DNA of 64,000 bases from the human T2T-CHM13v2.0 reference genome, Homo sapiens: NCBI RefSeq assembly GCF_009914755.1, contig NC_060926.1. The stretch is one strand, 5' to 3'. Below, one piece after another: positions 24,080 through 41,299 of the stretch; the stretch's first letter is position 1; each line of letters starts with the position of its first letter. Under the pieces are notes generated by a model. It did no database searches. It worked only from the letters and a program-made list of their open reading frames with translations, and was not told the DNA's origin. The translations under genes and the position numbers were made by a program.

Positions 24080-24735
24080 AAGAAAAGGGGACACATAAAA
24101 AAATATGAAAAACAAGGTATTTGCCTAGTCCCAAAGTATTATTGATTACTACGGAAAAAAAAAAAACCAGTAAATTTACCATGGAAAAACCCAGAAAAAT
24201 ACTATTCTAACCAAGTGATTAAGGTTAACACCATGAGTAATGAGTCATATCAACATTAAGTACCCCCCACTGTGATAACTGAGGATACACCATTACTTCT
24301 GTGGTATTCTTACCAAAATGCATTTCAATCTATTCATTGCAAAATATTAGTAAAATCCAAATTGAGAGACATTCTACAATACAACTGCTCATCGAAATGT
24401 TATTTTTTTAAATTTCAACATCACAGAACACGTAGGCTGAAGAACTGTCACAGACTGAAAAACCTAAGATGACACAGCAGTTAAACACAGTGTAGGATCT
24501 TGGACCAGATCAGGAAACAGAAAAAGAATATTTGTGGAAAAACTGGTGATATGCAAATATGAATTATAATTCAGAAAAAAGTATCAATGTTAATTTCCTC
24601 ATTTTAATCATTGTACTTTGATTATGTTACATTGTTAACATTAGAGGAAGCTGAATAAAAAGTGAACTCTTATCTTTATTTTTGCAATTTTTCTGTACAC
24701 TTAAAATCATTTCAAAATAAGAAGTTTTAAAAAGG
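24080..24735 (+). mobile_element. L1MC-type 3' end
   Basis: AAATCCAAATTGAGAGACATTCTACAA..AGAACTGTCACAGACTG..TCAATGTTAATTTCCT..TTTCAAAATAAGAAGTT. Confidence 0.8.
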
Positions 24736-25369
24736 AGTATAAGGTCTAATGCAGGTAAACTTGCATAAATGTTTGAAAGGAGTAATTGGGAAGACACACA
24801 AAAAAAGTGCATGTGAGCCAGAATTTAAAAACCCACTGAATTTTTTTATTAAGGAAAACTTTGCTTTGGGATATAGAATGGTATTAATAAATATTTGTTA
24901 TTAATCTCCATCTCTGCTGGCAGACAAATTAAGAAGTAGGTTTTAATTGAAGAGAGTAACAATATAGACACTGTTATAGGTTTTGGAAAGAAGTTGTCAG
25001 ATTCTCTTCTTTCTCAAGCTTTAAGGGAAAACACTTCTTGCATGGCAGTTTGAGAAGCTAATCTTTCTGTCACTAGTTCAGATTTGTATTCCTTGTCCTC
25101 AGAGCAGTGACTGGCAAACAGGGGTGTTCTGTGAATGTCTGTTGTGTAAAGAAAGGAATTAATATTTTCAGAACGAATTCTGAAATTTTTGTCTTACATA
25201 CCTGCCAAATCACTGGGACCTATCCACATATCAGTCCAATCTTCAACACTCCCCTGCCCTAAATAAATGATTTTTTCTTCATTAATTACAGACTATAAGC
25301 TGTTCCCCCACGAACTAATATGCCAGAAGTCCAAAAGTCTTTTCAGTAATAGTAAAAATTATCCTGATA

Positions 25370-25780
25370 AAATCAGTCTATTCATAAAAAAAGCATCAAA
25401 CAAATCCCCATCGAAGGACATTCTACAAAATACTTAACCAGTACTTCTTAAAACTGTCAAGGTTGTCAAAAACAAGGAAAATCTGAGAAACTGTAACAGC
25501 CAAGAGGAACTTAAGGAGACATGACAACTAAATATCGTAGTATTTTAATAAGATTCACAGAAAAAAAGACAGTAGGAAAAAACTGGGGAAATCTGAATAA
25601 GCTATGGACTTTAATAATGTATTAATACTGTTTCATTAACTATAACAAATGTGCCATAGTAGTGTAAGATGTTAATAATAGGTGAAACTGAGTATGGGGG
25701 ATATGGCAACTTTTGTATTCCCTTTGCAATATTTTTGTAGATCTACAACTGTTCTAAAAACTAAATTTCCCTTTGAAAAA
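25370..25780 (+). mobile_element. L1MC-type 3' end (second copy)
   Basis: GGACATTCTACAAAATAC..AAAACTGTCAAGGT..CTGAGAAACTGTAACAGCCAAGAGGA..GTAAGATGTTAATAATAGG. Confidence 0.85.
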
Positions 25781-25829
25781 TTCAATGTCAGTAAAAATGT
25801 TTATATATAATTCAGTTTTGTTATATTTT

Positions 25830-26044
<215 letters not shown>

Positions 26045-27916
26045 TAATTCAATCTCATAGAAACCTTTTTAAAGTCTGTAACAAGTATCTCTACTTTCTT
26101 AAACAATACTTTCAAGCATAATTCCATTTTTTCTGTAAAACTGAAGTACATTATGAACATGTTTTCATCCCTTGTAAGTATACAATTATTCTTCCTCTCT
26201 GACAATCTGATGCCAGTATGCATTTTAGCAAAATCTTCCTTTAGCAAAATCTCCTCTGTTAGTACATAGGAAGCCTTTAGAACCGTGCCTGGAAAATAGA
26301 ATGTTTATGGAACATTATATGAAGATAACTGTCACTCACTCACTGTAAACAGAGTATAAGGATTGGATAGTTCTAGTAACAATGATGAACTAGTTGTAGT
26401 CCATCTCTGCTTGTTCGCTTGTTGCTGTTATGACCAAATATGAAAATTGTTAAATGGTCAGTCAAGGTCATGAATTAGGTCTTTGACCATGGAAGGTGCT
26501 AAATGACCCACCCAGCAATGGACTGTACCTCTGTTTTAGATCCCATTGACTCCACCAAACAAGCACGGAGGCTCCCATATGTCCCTTCCCCACCGTATCA
26601 CATATACACCATCTTCTGTCTCTCGACTCTTTATTGGCTTGCCTCCATCCTCCAGATCAAAATTGACTAATGATACTAAAGAAGACAGACACCAGTGGCA
26701 AAGTACTAAAGTGAGCTAACAGCTTGTTTGGGAAGGTGACTGTACACTTCTGCCTTCCCACAGTCTGTTTCCAGCTTTCAAATGTCATGACCTAAAGCCC
26801 TTGAGCATGGAACATGGAGGAAGCCACGGGTGACTGGTCCGGGTCACTCTCAGACAACATTGTACTTGGAAACTTCTTGCAACGCACTTACAGCAACCCC
26901 CTGCCTGGCTCTAGTCCTGCCAATCAAAACCGAGGCAGGCATCCCCTTTTGGCAGGTGGCCAGAGGAGGGTGCTCTATTGTTAGGAGAAGACCCTGCAGG
27001 AAGACAGAGACAAACAGGGATTCTCTTTCTTTTCCATCTCCCTTCAAACCTGCAAGTGAAGCTGTGGTGGTGTTTCTTCTTTTTTGTCTCATCCTGTCAC
27101 TCTCTAGTCTTTGAACAATAGAGGCAACAATGGTCTTGTCTAAATGATTTCACAGGCTATTATTCAGACACTCAACTTTTAACATTTCAATTTTGTCATT
27201 CTGTTTCCACACAAAAGGTACACTTCTACAGTATAATGTTCTCAGAATTATGTCAATGAGCAGTAATGGCTTTTAACATTAAGTTGATCATTAACAACTA
27301 CATTATCTGAGGCATAATCAGTACTTCAGCCTTTTGTGTGATTATGACACTACAGAATTGAAGCTAATAGGAGGATTCACTCATAACAACATAGGAAAAT
27401 ATTTGTACAGTAATAAAAGGTTAGTGAAAAGCAAACAGTCTTAAACAGTAAAATGAATAAAAATACTAACATTTTATTTACAAAAAGTGGGCTTCTAAAG
27501 GAGAAAAATAGGTAAACAATATTGCTATGATCAAATTTCTTTGTCATAAAGGTCTTCACATTGGATCCAAACTTTCTATATAGAAGTCATTATAAGCTTT
27601 ATAAGGGCACATTCCAAAAAGTGTATATTTTAGGAACAGAAAATAAAATGGCAGATTCTCTGTCCTAAGTGTTACTGTATCTCCTTACATTTTCAAGGTA
27701 TTGGCAAAGAATATTGATTGCTAATCTTGGATATTGCTTTAAAATTGTTTTACTCTGCCCCTCCCACCTCTTGAGTGGGAAATCACTCAGGAAAAAACTG
27801 TGTCTATTTGGTCATAATCCAATGGTTGCAACCCACAATACTTGCAATGGCTTTCAGGATGCAGATTCAACAACGTGGTGACACCAAGTTCAGAAGTCTG
27901 GAGAGAAGCTCAAGTC

Positions 27917-28229
<313 letters not shown>

Positions 28230-30493
28230 TAACAGACCATGTCTTTTATATGATTTTAGATCTTGATTAGAGTATATGAATTGTAAAGAGAAAATATACC
28301 TCATCAAAGAATCAAGTCAATGCTCATATAATCATACTATTCTTATCCTTTGATGAAATAATCAAATGTCCAGAAATGTATCCTTTAAGAAAATCCTAAA
28401 TTCAGAAAAAACATGGAGAAATTAATCATGTTATTAATAGAAGTGAATATCAGATCATTCTAAATACCCAAAATGACAGAGATGGTTAAGTAACCAAGGG
28501 CTACATTTTCACACACAGTGAGAGATAGCATAGCCATTTTTTGTGGTTTACAAAAAAATTAATAAATAATATAATGTTAAGTGGAAAAAAGAAAAATTCA
28601 AAATCACTTGGAGTATTTGTGCTTTGTTGTGTGTGTGTTGCATGTAAAGACCAACACACAGAAAATAAGGGAGAGGGAGCAGGAAGAAGAAAATACATCA
28701 AATCAATAATGAGGTTTTGTTCAGCATTGTTTTTTTTCTTCTTAATTTTACTTCTTACTTTTCTGTTTTTCCAAATTTTCTTCAAAGGGGATACATTATT
28801 TTACAATTTTAAAAAGGATGCCTATTTAATTCTGTCATTCAATTCTCCTGACTGGAAGATACTGAGGCAAATACACATATAACAAGGACAATCTGCCACT
28901 CACCATGGTTTCTACTCTTCAAACACCGAAAGGTACTCCTTTGATTGGAAAATACAGAAACTTTGTGTAGAACCCATGGGCCATTTGTGTGACTTCATCC
29001 TGGCCCCAAATCTTCCATCCTCTGATTGGCCCCACCCGCACTGATAAACCACTATTATTTCCAGGTGTGCCTCACCTTGACCAGAGAGTTTTGCCTCAGC
29101 GCACTCTGTTAGGAGCTTCCTCAGCATAGTTTGCATGTATCTTTCCCAATCCCACCTCCAAATATCAATCCGAGAGTTTTTATGTAGGGAATGGATGCAG
29201 TACATTTTAAGGACGGGTGGAAGGCTTCTATTGCCTCATTCCAGGAAGCAGGGGAAACATGTAAAAGAATGCATGGATTCTCATTTGGGGAGTGAATCTG
29301 ACAGGACAACCTGCGGCGTGAGAAGGCGTATGGGCGAGTGGTGTTTGTTCAGCACACTCTCTGCTCCAGTCAACTGGAGCAGAGACCTTTGAATGTGTCT
29401 CGTTCTGTCTGTCCCACTTTCCCGACACCTCATATGTTATTTGTCCCTCTTGAAGTACTCTCACTAATGCTGTCTATTCTTCCTCAAGCTATGCTTCTAT
29501 TGCTTTCTAAATTAGCCCATTTAAAAACAATACATGTGAACTTCAGACACATAGCTTACTTAAAATTCTGCTTTTGATCACAAAGCATTCTTCCAAAATG
29601 TTCCAACTAGAGACCACTTCAACTCTGTAATTTTTCTTGTTATTTTCCATTCCACAATTATATACTGGAAAAAATACTGATCTACAGAAGCATCATGCCA
29701 AAATCGTATTAATAAAATATGGTTAGGGTTCATTCTGTTGGATATCTTTTTCAATTCTTCAAAGATATAGGGAAATATTGTGAACTATAAAACACAGGAC
29801 AGCAATTTGAGTTTATGACTATTTTTGAATTTGCTAAGAGTTTCTCATGTGAGTGCTCTTTTCTGATTTCCACTGCTATTTCTTTAAAATACTTAGAAAA
29901 AAAAGTAGGCGTATCTTTGATTTGAAGAAAGAATAAATGTACTGAGAGTATACACGAAGAAAGTAGCCCTGAATCCATGGGTAGCCATCCTAGCAGATCA
30001 TAAATCACTGAGCAGAGACCAGGGCTTTCTTTGAAGAGCAAATCAGTTTTCCTACAGACCAGTTTAATCACTTTCTATGAAAGAAGAAAAAACAATGTGT
30101 ACAAATAGGAAGTCTTTGATACAATCTTTGTAGTCTTCAGGATGCTTTTGGTTTCTCAATTCTACAGTACAGGTCAGGGTTATCAATGGTCTTGTCCCGT
30201 TGTCAAAAGGTGACCATCTACACTATCCGAGTGGTCTGTCTTTGCATGAAGACCATGCTGCTTCTGCACCCGGCATCCCACCCCCCCACTACATTATGCT
30301 TCCTGGCACTCGGGATGTTTGTTCAACCTCCATTCCAAGAAGCCATGCAATGAGAAGGCTCTTCAATGACTATGACATCATGGCCTTCTTTCTTTCATGT
30401 ATTACTGAACTGTGAGTCAGGTACTATACTGCATGAGATGCATTAGTGAAACAGACATAAACACTGCCCTCAGGTTACCTCCAGCATTGCCTC

Positions 30494-30925
30494 TGTATTA
30501 TTTATCTATTGCTATGTAACAAATGACCGCAAAACTTAACAGCTTCAAACAATAATACATATTTTTTAAATCTCACAGTTCCTGTGGGGCAGGAATCAGG
30601 AACCACTTGGATGGTTTAAGCCTGAGGTCTCTTATGAGGCTGCAGTTGTCTGAAGGCTTGATTAGGGCTGGAGAAGCCACTTCCACACCTGCCCTCAGTT
30701 TCTCTCCACGTGGGCCTCTTCAGAAGGCTGGTCAGCATGGAGGCCAACTCTCTCCAAAAAAGTGATCTGAGAGAACGAAGTAGAAGCTGCAATGCCTCTT
30801 ATGACCTTGCCTGGGAAGTCACGGACCCTTGTATTGGTTACACAGGTCAGGCCTGTAAAAGGGGACTCTACATGGCATGCTCACAGAAGGTAAAGATCAC
30901 AAGAGGCCATCTGGGTCATCTTGCC
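30494..30925 (-). mobile_element. MLT1 LTR
   Basis: TGTATTATTTATCTATTGCTATGTAACAAATGACCGCAAAACTTAACAGCTT..TCTCACAGTTCCTGTGGGGCAGGAAT. Confidence 0.8.
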
Positions 30926-30928
30926 ATT

Positions 30929-31370
30929 GTGTGTGACACCCTCCACCACGATGCAGAATTCACTCTTAAACAAATTTGAATCCACACTGGCCTGTGACTG
31001 CTTTGACCAATTGAATACAGTAGAAATACTATGCTAGTTCCAACTGAAGAGTCCTTCAAGAGGACTGAAAGTTTTGATTTCCTGTCTTTTAAAGCCCTGA
31101 GCCACTGTGTAAGATGTTCAGGCTGCTGTGCTGAAAGGAATGTGTGCTACATGGAGGTGTGTTGACATATCATGCCTGTGTGCAAAACAGGCCATGTTGG
31201 TGGATGATTCAGATGACTTCAGTATCTGCTACTGCAACCACATGAGAGATTCTGAGAGACTCCCCAAGTGAGCCCAGCCAACTCCTAAAACCAGGAGACA
31301 TAATAAATTATCATCTTTAGCCACTAAATTTTGAGCTGGTTTGCTATGCAATGTCAGAAAACTAGGATGA
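30929..31370 (+). mobile_element. MLT1 (G/H-like) LTR
   Basis: CTGGCCTGTGACTGCTTTGACCAAT..GCCCTGAGCCACTGTGTAAGA..TTTAGCCACTAAATTTTGAGCTGGTTTGCTATGCA. Confidence 0.8.
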
Positions 31371-31707
31371 TAGTTATGCAAAATTTTTTATGTATTCTTG
31401 GTACTTTATGTATAACTTTTGCATTACAACATAGGTTCCACAAGTGCAGGGATTTCTATACCAAAGGCCTAGAACAGTACCTGGATCACTACAATGGCCT
31501 CCTAACCAGTTCTTCACATTCCTTTTCCCTCCTACCTTCCATTGTCCAAATAGCAGTCAGAATGACTATCGTCAAAACTTGTATCAAAGTCTTCCCTTAT
31601 CCTGACTAGGCTCTATCTGTATTATGCATTATCATTGCAGTATACATATCTTTTCCATAGCACTTATTGAACTGGATATTTATATTGAAATGGATATTTA
31701 ATCATAA

Positions 31708-32039
<332 letters not shown>

Positions 32040-32510
32040 AGAAATTACTTTGTAATGTGTGTCTCTCTGACTAGATCCTAATCTCCAATAGGCAAGGCAT
32101 ATCTTCTTCATTGGCCTATCCCCAGTTTCAAACACAGAACCTAGTACATGGTAGGTGTTCAATAAATATTTGGCCAGGAATAATTTCTCAAAATGTCTTT
32201 TGCATTTCACTTGATTTTGTAATAGAAACTTATTTCTTACTGCTTTTAGTCTGCCTCTTTGGGCTATTTCCAGTTGCAAAGAAAAAGTAAAACCAATTAA
32301 TGTTTTAGCTCATTTTTCACAGGCTTCTGGAAATTAGCTGTGAAAATACACATCAAAATTTGACATATACTCATCTCTTTAGATTAACTTTGGATTCTCT
32401 TATAAAAAGCAAAGATTTATTGAGACTAGACCCTCAGATTTTATCTTGTTCATCAATGCAAGATAAAAAGCAATAATTATACTCCTCCCCTTTCTCAGTT
32501 CTCATTTTAC

Positions 32511-32632
32511 TTTTTTAGAGATGAGGTCTTGCTTTGTTGCCCAGACTGGTCTCAAACCCCTGGGTTCAAGCGATCTTCCCCCCTCAGCCTCCCAAGTAAC
32601 TAGGACTATAAGCAAGCACCACCACACCTAAC
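32511..32632 (-). mobile_element. FLAM (Alu monomer)
   Basis: AGAGATGAGGTCTTGCTTTGTTGCCCAGACTGGTCTCAAAC..CTCAGCCTCCCAAGTA. Confidence 0.88.
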
Positions 32633-33389
32633 TTACTTTCTAAATTTACTGTAATACTAGGTTTTATTTAAAAACTGACTGCATTCTCTGTCATATATGT
32701 ATTAACTTATTTATACTATGAATAAAAGTTTCTCCAACTCCCTCTTTTAGAGACCTTGGAAAGCATAAAGCCATGGTTAATGTAATAATACCAATCCTCG
32801 AAAAACAAAATCACTACCACAAACTCTTCTACACTAATAAAAAAATGGAGCCAGACAGGCTGTTAGGTAAAGCATATGCTAACAAAGCACAGAAGTGGTT
32901 AAACACAAGGACATTTTTCTTATATAGGAGACCAAAGGCCCAAATATTCAATAACAAAAATTTTAGCCATATGTGCACTTATGTAGAACAGATTATTAAC
33001 TGCTCTCCTTCATAAATATAAGAACTCAATTACAATAAATCTGAATAATTTTAAATTATTTTTTCTGAAATCACAGGCATTAAGCAGTGATGATCATTCA
33101 GTGGAAATACTCCTCAAGATACATGTATGACAGAAATATCAAGTTCATTTTGCAGTGTCAAATGGAGGCAAATTCTGCAAATGCTTATATTCAAAAACAT
33201 TTTTAGAGTAATTACTTTTTTTGGACAACACTTTCAGTATTCTTTTTCTTTTTTTTCTTACATATGCTTCTAAATCTGTGTTTGGAATCCAAATTTTAAA
33301 TTTAATTACAAGCAGAGGAATATGCCTACTTAACATCCATGTAGGCCTAGATTACTCTAACATTCATAGATACTCATGTAAGTTTCCAG

Positions 33390-33575
33390 TTAGAAGTTTT
33401 CTAAAGTTTATTAATGTATATTAGATTCACCTAAAGAGCTTACGAAAATACAGATTGCTGAGTTCCACTTTCAGAGCTTCGGAGTTGGGCTGAGGCCCAA
33501 GAATTTGCTTCTTAATGAGTTCTCAGATCATATTAATGTTACTGGTCCAGGGACCAGACTTGGAGGATCACTTAT
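33390..33575. mobile_element. MER5A (hAT-Charlie)
   Basis: AAAATACAGATTGCTG..GGCCCAAGAATTTGC..CTGGTCCAGGGACCAGACTTGGAGGATCACT. Confidence 0.8.
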
Positions 33576-33579
33576 CTAA

Positions 33580-33730
33580 CCTACAACCTACTTACGTTTT
33601 ACAGACAAAGAAATAAAGGCCCAGAAAAATTGAAAGACTGATCCAATGTTTCTGCCACAGTCAATGGCAAAAATGACAAGACAAGGTAGGACTAGAATCG
33701 AGCTTTTCTGATTCTAAGTAGCATTTTCTT
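33580..33730 (-). mobile_element. MIR
   Basis: TTTTACAGACAAAGAAATAAAGGCCCAGA..GGACTAGAATC. Confidence 0.65.
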
Positions 33731-34944
33731 TGACTTGACTGACCCTGTCTGAGGTGTATTCAGTACCATATGAGGTGTTAATGAATAAGCTATAGAAAAA
33801 AATAAGTCACAGCCGGAGGAAAGAGATGGCAACATAAACATCCTCTCTCCCAGTTGACAAAATTAAAGACATGCAGAACCACACCAAAAATTGTATGATT
33901 CAGGTATTTCTTTGTGGCCACTACCCCTTTTGAAGTTTATTTGCCTCTAAACATCTAAGGACTTACTTTGCATTCTTACATTGCAACGTCTTTGTTGATA
34001 ACTTTTCAGTAATTCCATTACAGCAAATCACAGGGTTGTCAAATCTTCAAGGATCAGAAGATCATGAGTTGACAAGCAGCAGATGCACAGAAAGAAGTTT
34101 TAAATAAAGTGTATTCATTCCCCATGTGGAGCAAAGTAGAATACCTATTACTCGATGATAGTAAAACCAGCCGGCAAGTAACAAAGAATGTAGTTATGAC
34201 ACGATATTTACCGTTTCTACCACTTTTATTCAGTAAAGAATCAAAGAATTCAGAAGAAAGAAAACTCTTAGCTTTTCTAACAAGCTGTTTCTGTTTAAGG
34301 ACAGAAGTTTCTGTTAAAATTTAGTATAATTTTGATGTCACTGAGCACAGTGAAAGCTGCAGGCAAGCAGAACATTCTCATTGTAATACCACGACTGTAG
34401 GCATATTTGAAACACTATCACTTCTTCAGACTATAATTATAACTGTTTGTTGCTTCTGTGGTTTCAAAGATAATAGAAGTTGTTCACAAAATTTACACAA
34501 CACTGATGTGTTGCATATAAAATATAGACAGTCACGTGCAAAATATCCCATTATACATTTTCTCATAGAGAGAAACAGCTGAGAAACCTACAGACCATCA
34601 AATTATGACTCCAGTGTTTCATTACAAGCAATTAGACTCTGGAACTCAAAGGTACAACCAAAATGCTCAGTGTAATTTGGTTAATACCATTTAAGAGCTG
34701 GGCCACAGGTGCTTAAATCTACAGAACAGAAAAATTCTAGCGACTATATAGGGTCCTATTACTTTATGGGTAATTACTTGTATAGCTAGAGCCTCAAAGG
34801 TGGACTCAGGAGAAAATACATGTGAAGTGAGGAGAAAGACTGAAAATTACACATATTCATTCCACAAGCAATGACTGTGAATGGCTACCCTGTGTCAGGC
34901 ACAGTTCCTCTCAAGGAACTCAAACCCCAACAGGAAAGATGGGC

Positions 34945-34958
34945 ATAAATTCTTTCCT
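34945..34958 (+). repeat. 5' target-site duplication of L1HS
   Basis: ATAAATTCTTTCCT, identical to 40999-41012. Confidence 0.97.
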
Positions 34959-35864
34959 GGGGGAGGAGCCAAGATGGCCGAATAGGAACAGCTCCGGTCT
35001 ACAGCTCCCAGCGTGAGCGACGCAGAAGACGGGTGATTACTGCATTTCCATCTGAGGTACCGGGTTCATCTCACTAGGGAGTGCCAGACAGTGGGCGCAG
35101 GCCAGTGTGTGTGCGCACCGTGCGCGAGCCAAAGCAGGGCGAGGCATTGCCTCACCTGGGAAGCGCAAGGGGTCAGGGAGTTCCCTTTCCGAGTCAAAGA
35201 AAGGGGTGACGGACGCACCTGGAAAATCGGGTCACTCCCACCCGAATATTGCGCTTTTCAGACCGGCTTAAGAAACGGCGCACCACGAGACTATATCCCA
35301 CACCTGGCTCAGAGGGTCCTACGCCCACGGAATCTCGCTGATTGCTAGCACAGCAGTCTGAGATCAAACTGCAAGGCGGCAACGAGGCTGGGGGAGGGGC
35401 GCCCGCCATTGCCCAGGCTTGCTTAGGTAAACAAAGCAGCCAGGAAGCTCGAACTGGGTGGAGCCCACCACAGCTCAAGGAGGCCTGCCTGCCTCTGTAG
35501 GCTCCACCTCTGGGGGCAGGGCACAGACAAACAAAAAGACAGCAGTAACCTCTACAGACTTAAGTGTCCCTGTCTGACAGCTTTGAAGAGAGCAGTGGTT
35601 CTCCCAGCACGCAGCTGGAGATCTGAGAACCGGCAGACTGCCTCCTCAAGTGGGTCCCTGACCCCTGACCCCCGAGCAGCCTAACTGGGAGGCACCCCCC
35701 AGCAGGGGCACACTGACACCTCACACGGCAGGGTATTCCAACAGACCTGCAGCTGAGGGTCCTGTCTGTTAGAAGGAAAACTAACAACCAGAAAGGACAT
35801 CTACACCGAAAACCCATCTGTACATCACCATCATCAAAGACCAAAAGTAGATAAAACCACAAAG
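34959..35864 (+). promoter_or_regulatory. L1 5'UTR CpG-rich internal sense and antisense promoter
   Basis: YY1 site AAGATGGCC at 34971-34979, RUNX3 site region ~35041-35059, SOX-type AAACAAA sites ~35429 and ~35528, CpG-dense. Confidence 0.9.
35194..35409 (-). CDS. ORF0: L1 ORF0 (71 aa, intact)
   Basis: MAGAPPPASLPPCSLISDCCASNQRDSVGVGPSEPGVGYSLVVRRFLSRSEKRNIRVGVTRFSRCVRHPFL; the ATG is the reverse complement of CAT at 35407-35409. Confidence 0.9.
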   Translation of the reverse strand: MAGAPPPASLPPCSLISDCCASNQRDSVGVGPSEPGVGYSLVVRRFLSRSEKRNIRVGVTRFSRCVRHPFL

Positions 35865-36881
35865 ATGGGGAAAAAACAGAACAGAAAAACTGGAAACTCT
35901 AAAACGCAGAGCGTCTCTCCTCCTCCAAAGGAACGCAGTTCCTCACCAGCAACAGAACAAAGCTGGATGGAGAATGACTTTGACGAGCTAAGAGAAGAAG
36001 GCTTCAGACGATCAAATTACTCTGAGCTACGGGAGGACATTCAAACCAAAGGCAAAGAAGTTGAAAACTTTGAAAAAAATTTAGAAGAATGTATAACTAG
36101 AATAACCAATACAGAGAAGTGCTTAAAGGAGCTGATGGAGCTGAAAACCAAGGCTCGAGAACTACGTGAAGAATGCAGAAGCCTCAGGAGCCGATGCGAT
36201 CAACTGGAAGAAAGGGTATCAGCAATGGAAGATGAAATGAATGAAATGAAGTGAGAAGGGAAGTTTAGAGAAAAAAGAATAAAAAGAAATGAGCAAAGCC
36301 TCCAAGAAATATGGGACTATGTGAAAAGACCAAATCTACGTCTGATTGGTGTACCTGAAAGTGATGTGGAGAATGGAACCAAGTTGGAAAACACTCTGCA
36401 GGATATTATCCAGGAGAACTTCCCCAATCTAGCAAGGCAGGCCAACGTTCAGATTCAGGAAATACAGAGAACGCCACAAAGATACTCCTCGAGAAGAGCA
36501 ACTCCAAGACACATAATGGTCAGATTCACCAAAGTTGAAATGAAGGAAAAAATGTTAAGGGCAGCCAGAGAGAAAGGTCGGGTTACCCTCAAAGGAAAGC
36601 CCATCAGACTAACAGCGGATCTCTCGGCAGAAACCCTACAAGCCAGAAGAGAGTGGGGGCCAATATTCAACATTCTTAAAGAAAAGAATTTTCAACCCAG
36701 AATTTCATATCCAGCCAAACTAAGCTTCATAAGTGAAGGAGAAATAAAATACTTTATAGACAAGCAAATGCTGAGAGATTTTGTCACCACCAGGCCTGCC
36801 CTAAAAGAGCTCCTGAAGGAAGCGCTAAACATGGAAAGGAACAACCGGTACCAGCCGCTGCAAAATCATGCCAAAATGTAA
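35865..36881 (+). pseudogene. ORF1: L1 ORF1p (RNA-binding trimer), nonsense at codon 130
   Basis: MGKKQNRKTG..EMNEMK then TGA at 36252-36254 (CGA Arg in consensus); the frame continues to ..LQNHAKM*. Confidence 0.96.
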
Positions 36882-36920
36882 AGACCATCGAGACTAGGAA
36901 GAAACTGCATCAACTAATGA

Positions 36921-40771
<3,851 letters not shown>

Positions 40772-40814
40772 ACAATGAGATCACATGGACACAGGAAGGG
40801 GAATATCACACTCT

Positions 40815-40849
40815 GGGGACTGTGGTGGGGTCGGGGGAGGGGGGAGGGA
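40815..40849 (+). other. L1 3'UTR G-rich tract (G-quadruplex-forming)
   Basis: GGGGACTGTGGTGGGGTCGGGGGAGGGGGGAGGGA. Confidence 0.8.
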
Positions 40850-40998
40850 TAGCATTGGGAGATATACCTAATGCTAGATGACACATTAGTGGGTGCAGCG
40901 CACCAGCATGGCACATGTATACATATGTAACTAACCTGCACAATGTGCACATGTACCCTAAAACTTAGAGTATAATATAAAAAAAAAAATAAAATAAA

Positions 40999-41012
40999 AT
41001 AAATTCTTTCCT
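40999..41012 (+). repeat. 3' target-site duplication of L1HS
   Basis: ATAAATTCTTTCCT. Confidence 0.97.
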
Positions 41013-41299
41013 TCAGCAAACACTGAATAGTGCTGTAAGAAAGAAATATCTATATGACCTGTTAGTAATGTTGTAGAACAGAGTGCTTATGTATTCAAAC
41101 ACTTAGGAAGTTATCACTAATAAATGACATTGATCTGTGTATAGAATTAAAAGGAAGTTTCCATGTGGAAAAGGGCATCACCTGACAGGAAAGACAGCCA
41201 GGAAAGGCAAGTTGAGGTGAGAGCCCTTAAAAATTATGGAATTTGGACATGGTTTCTAGATACTAAGAATCATGGAGGGTATTTGAGGGTCACCAGGCA

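Noticed and set aside
36321-36881. 186 aa ORF as a separate gene
   Set aside because: It is the remainder of L1 ORF1 after the premature stop, with a GTG start
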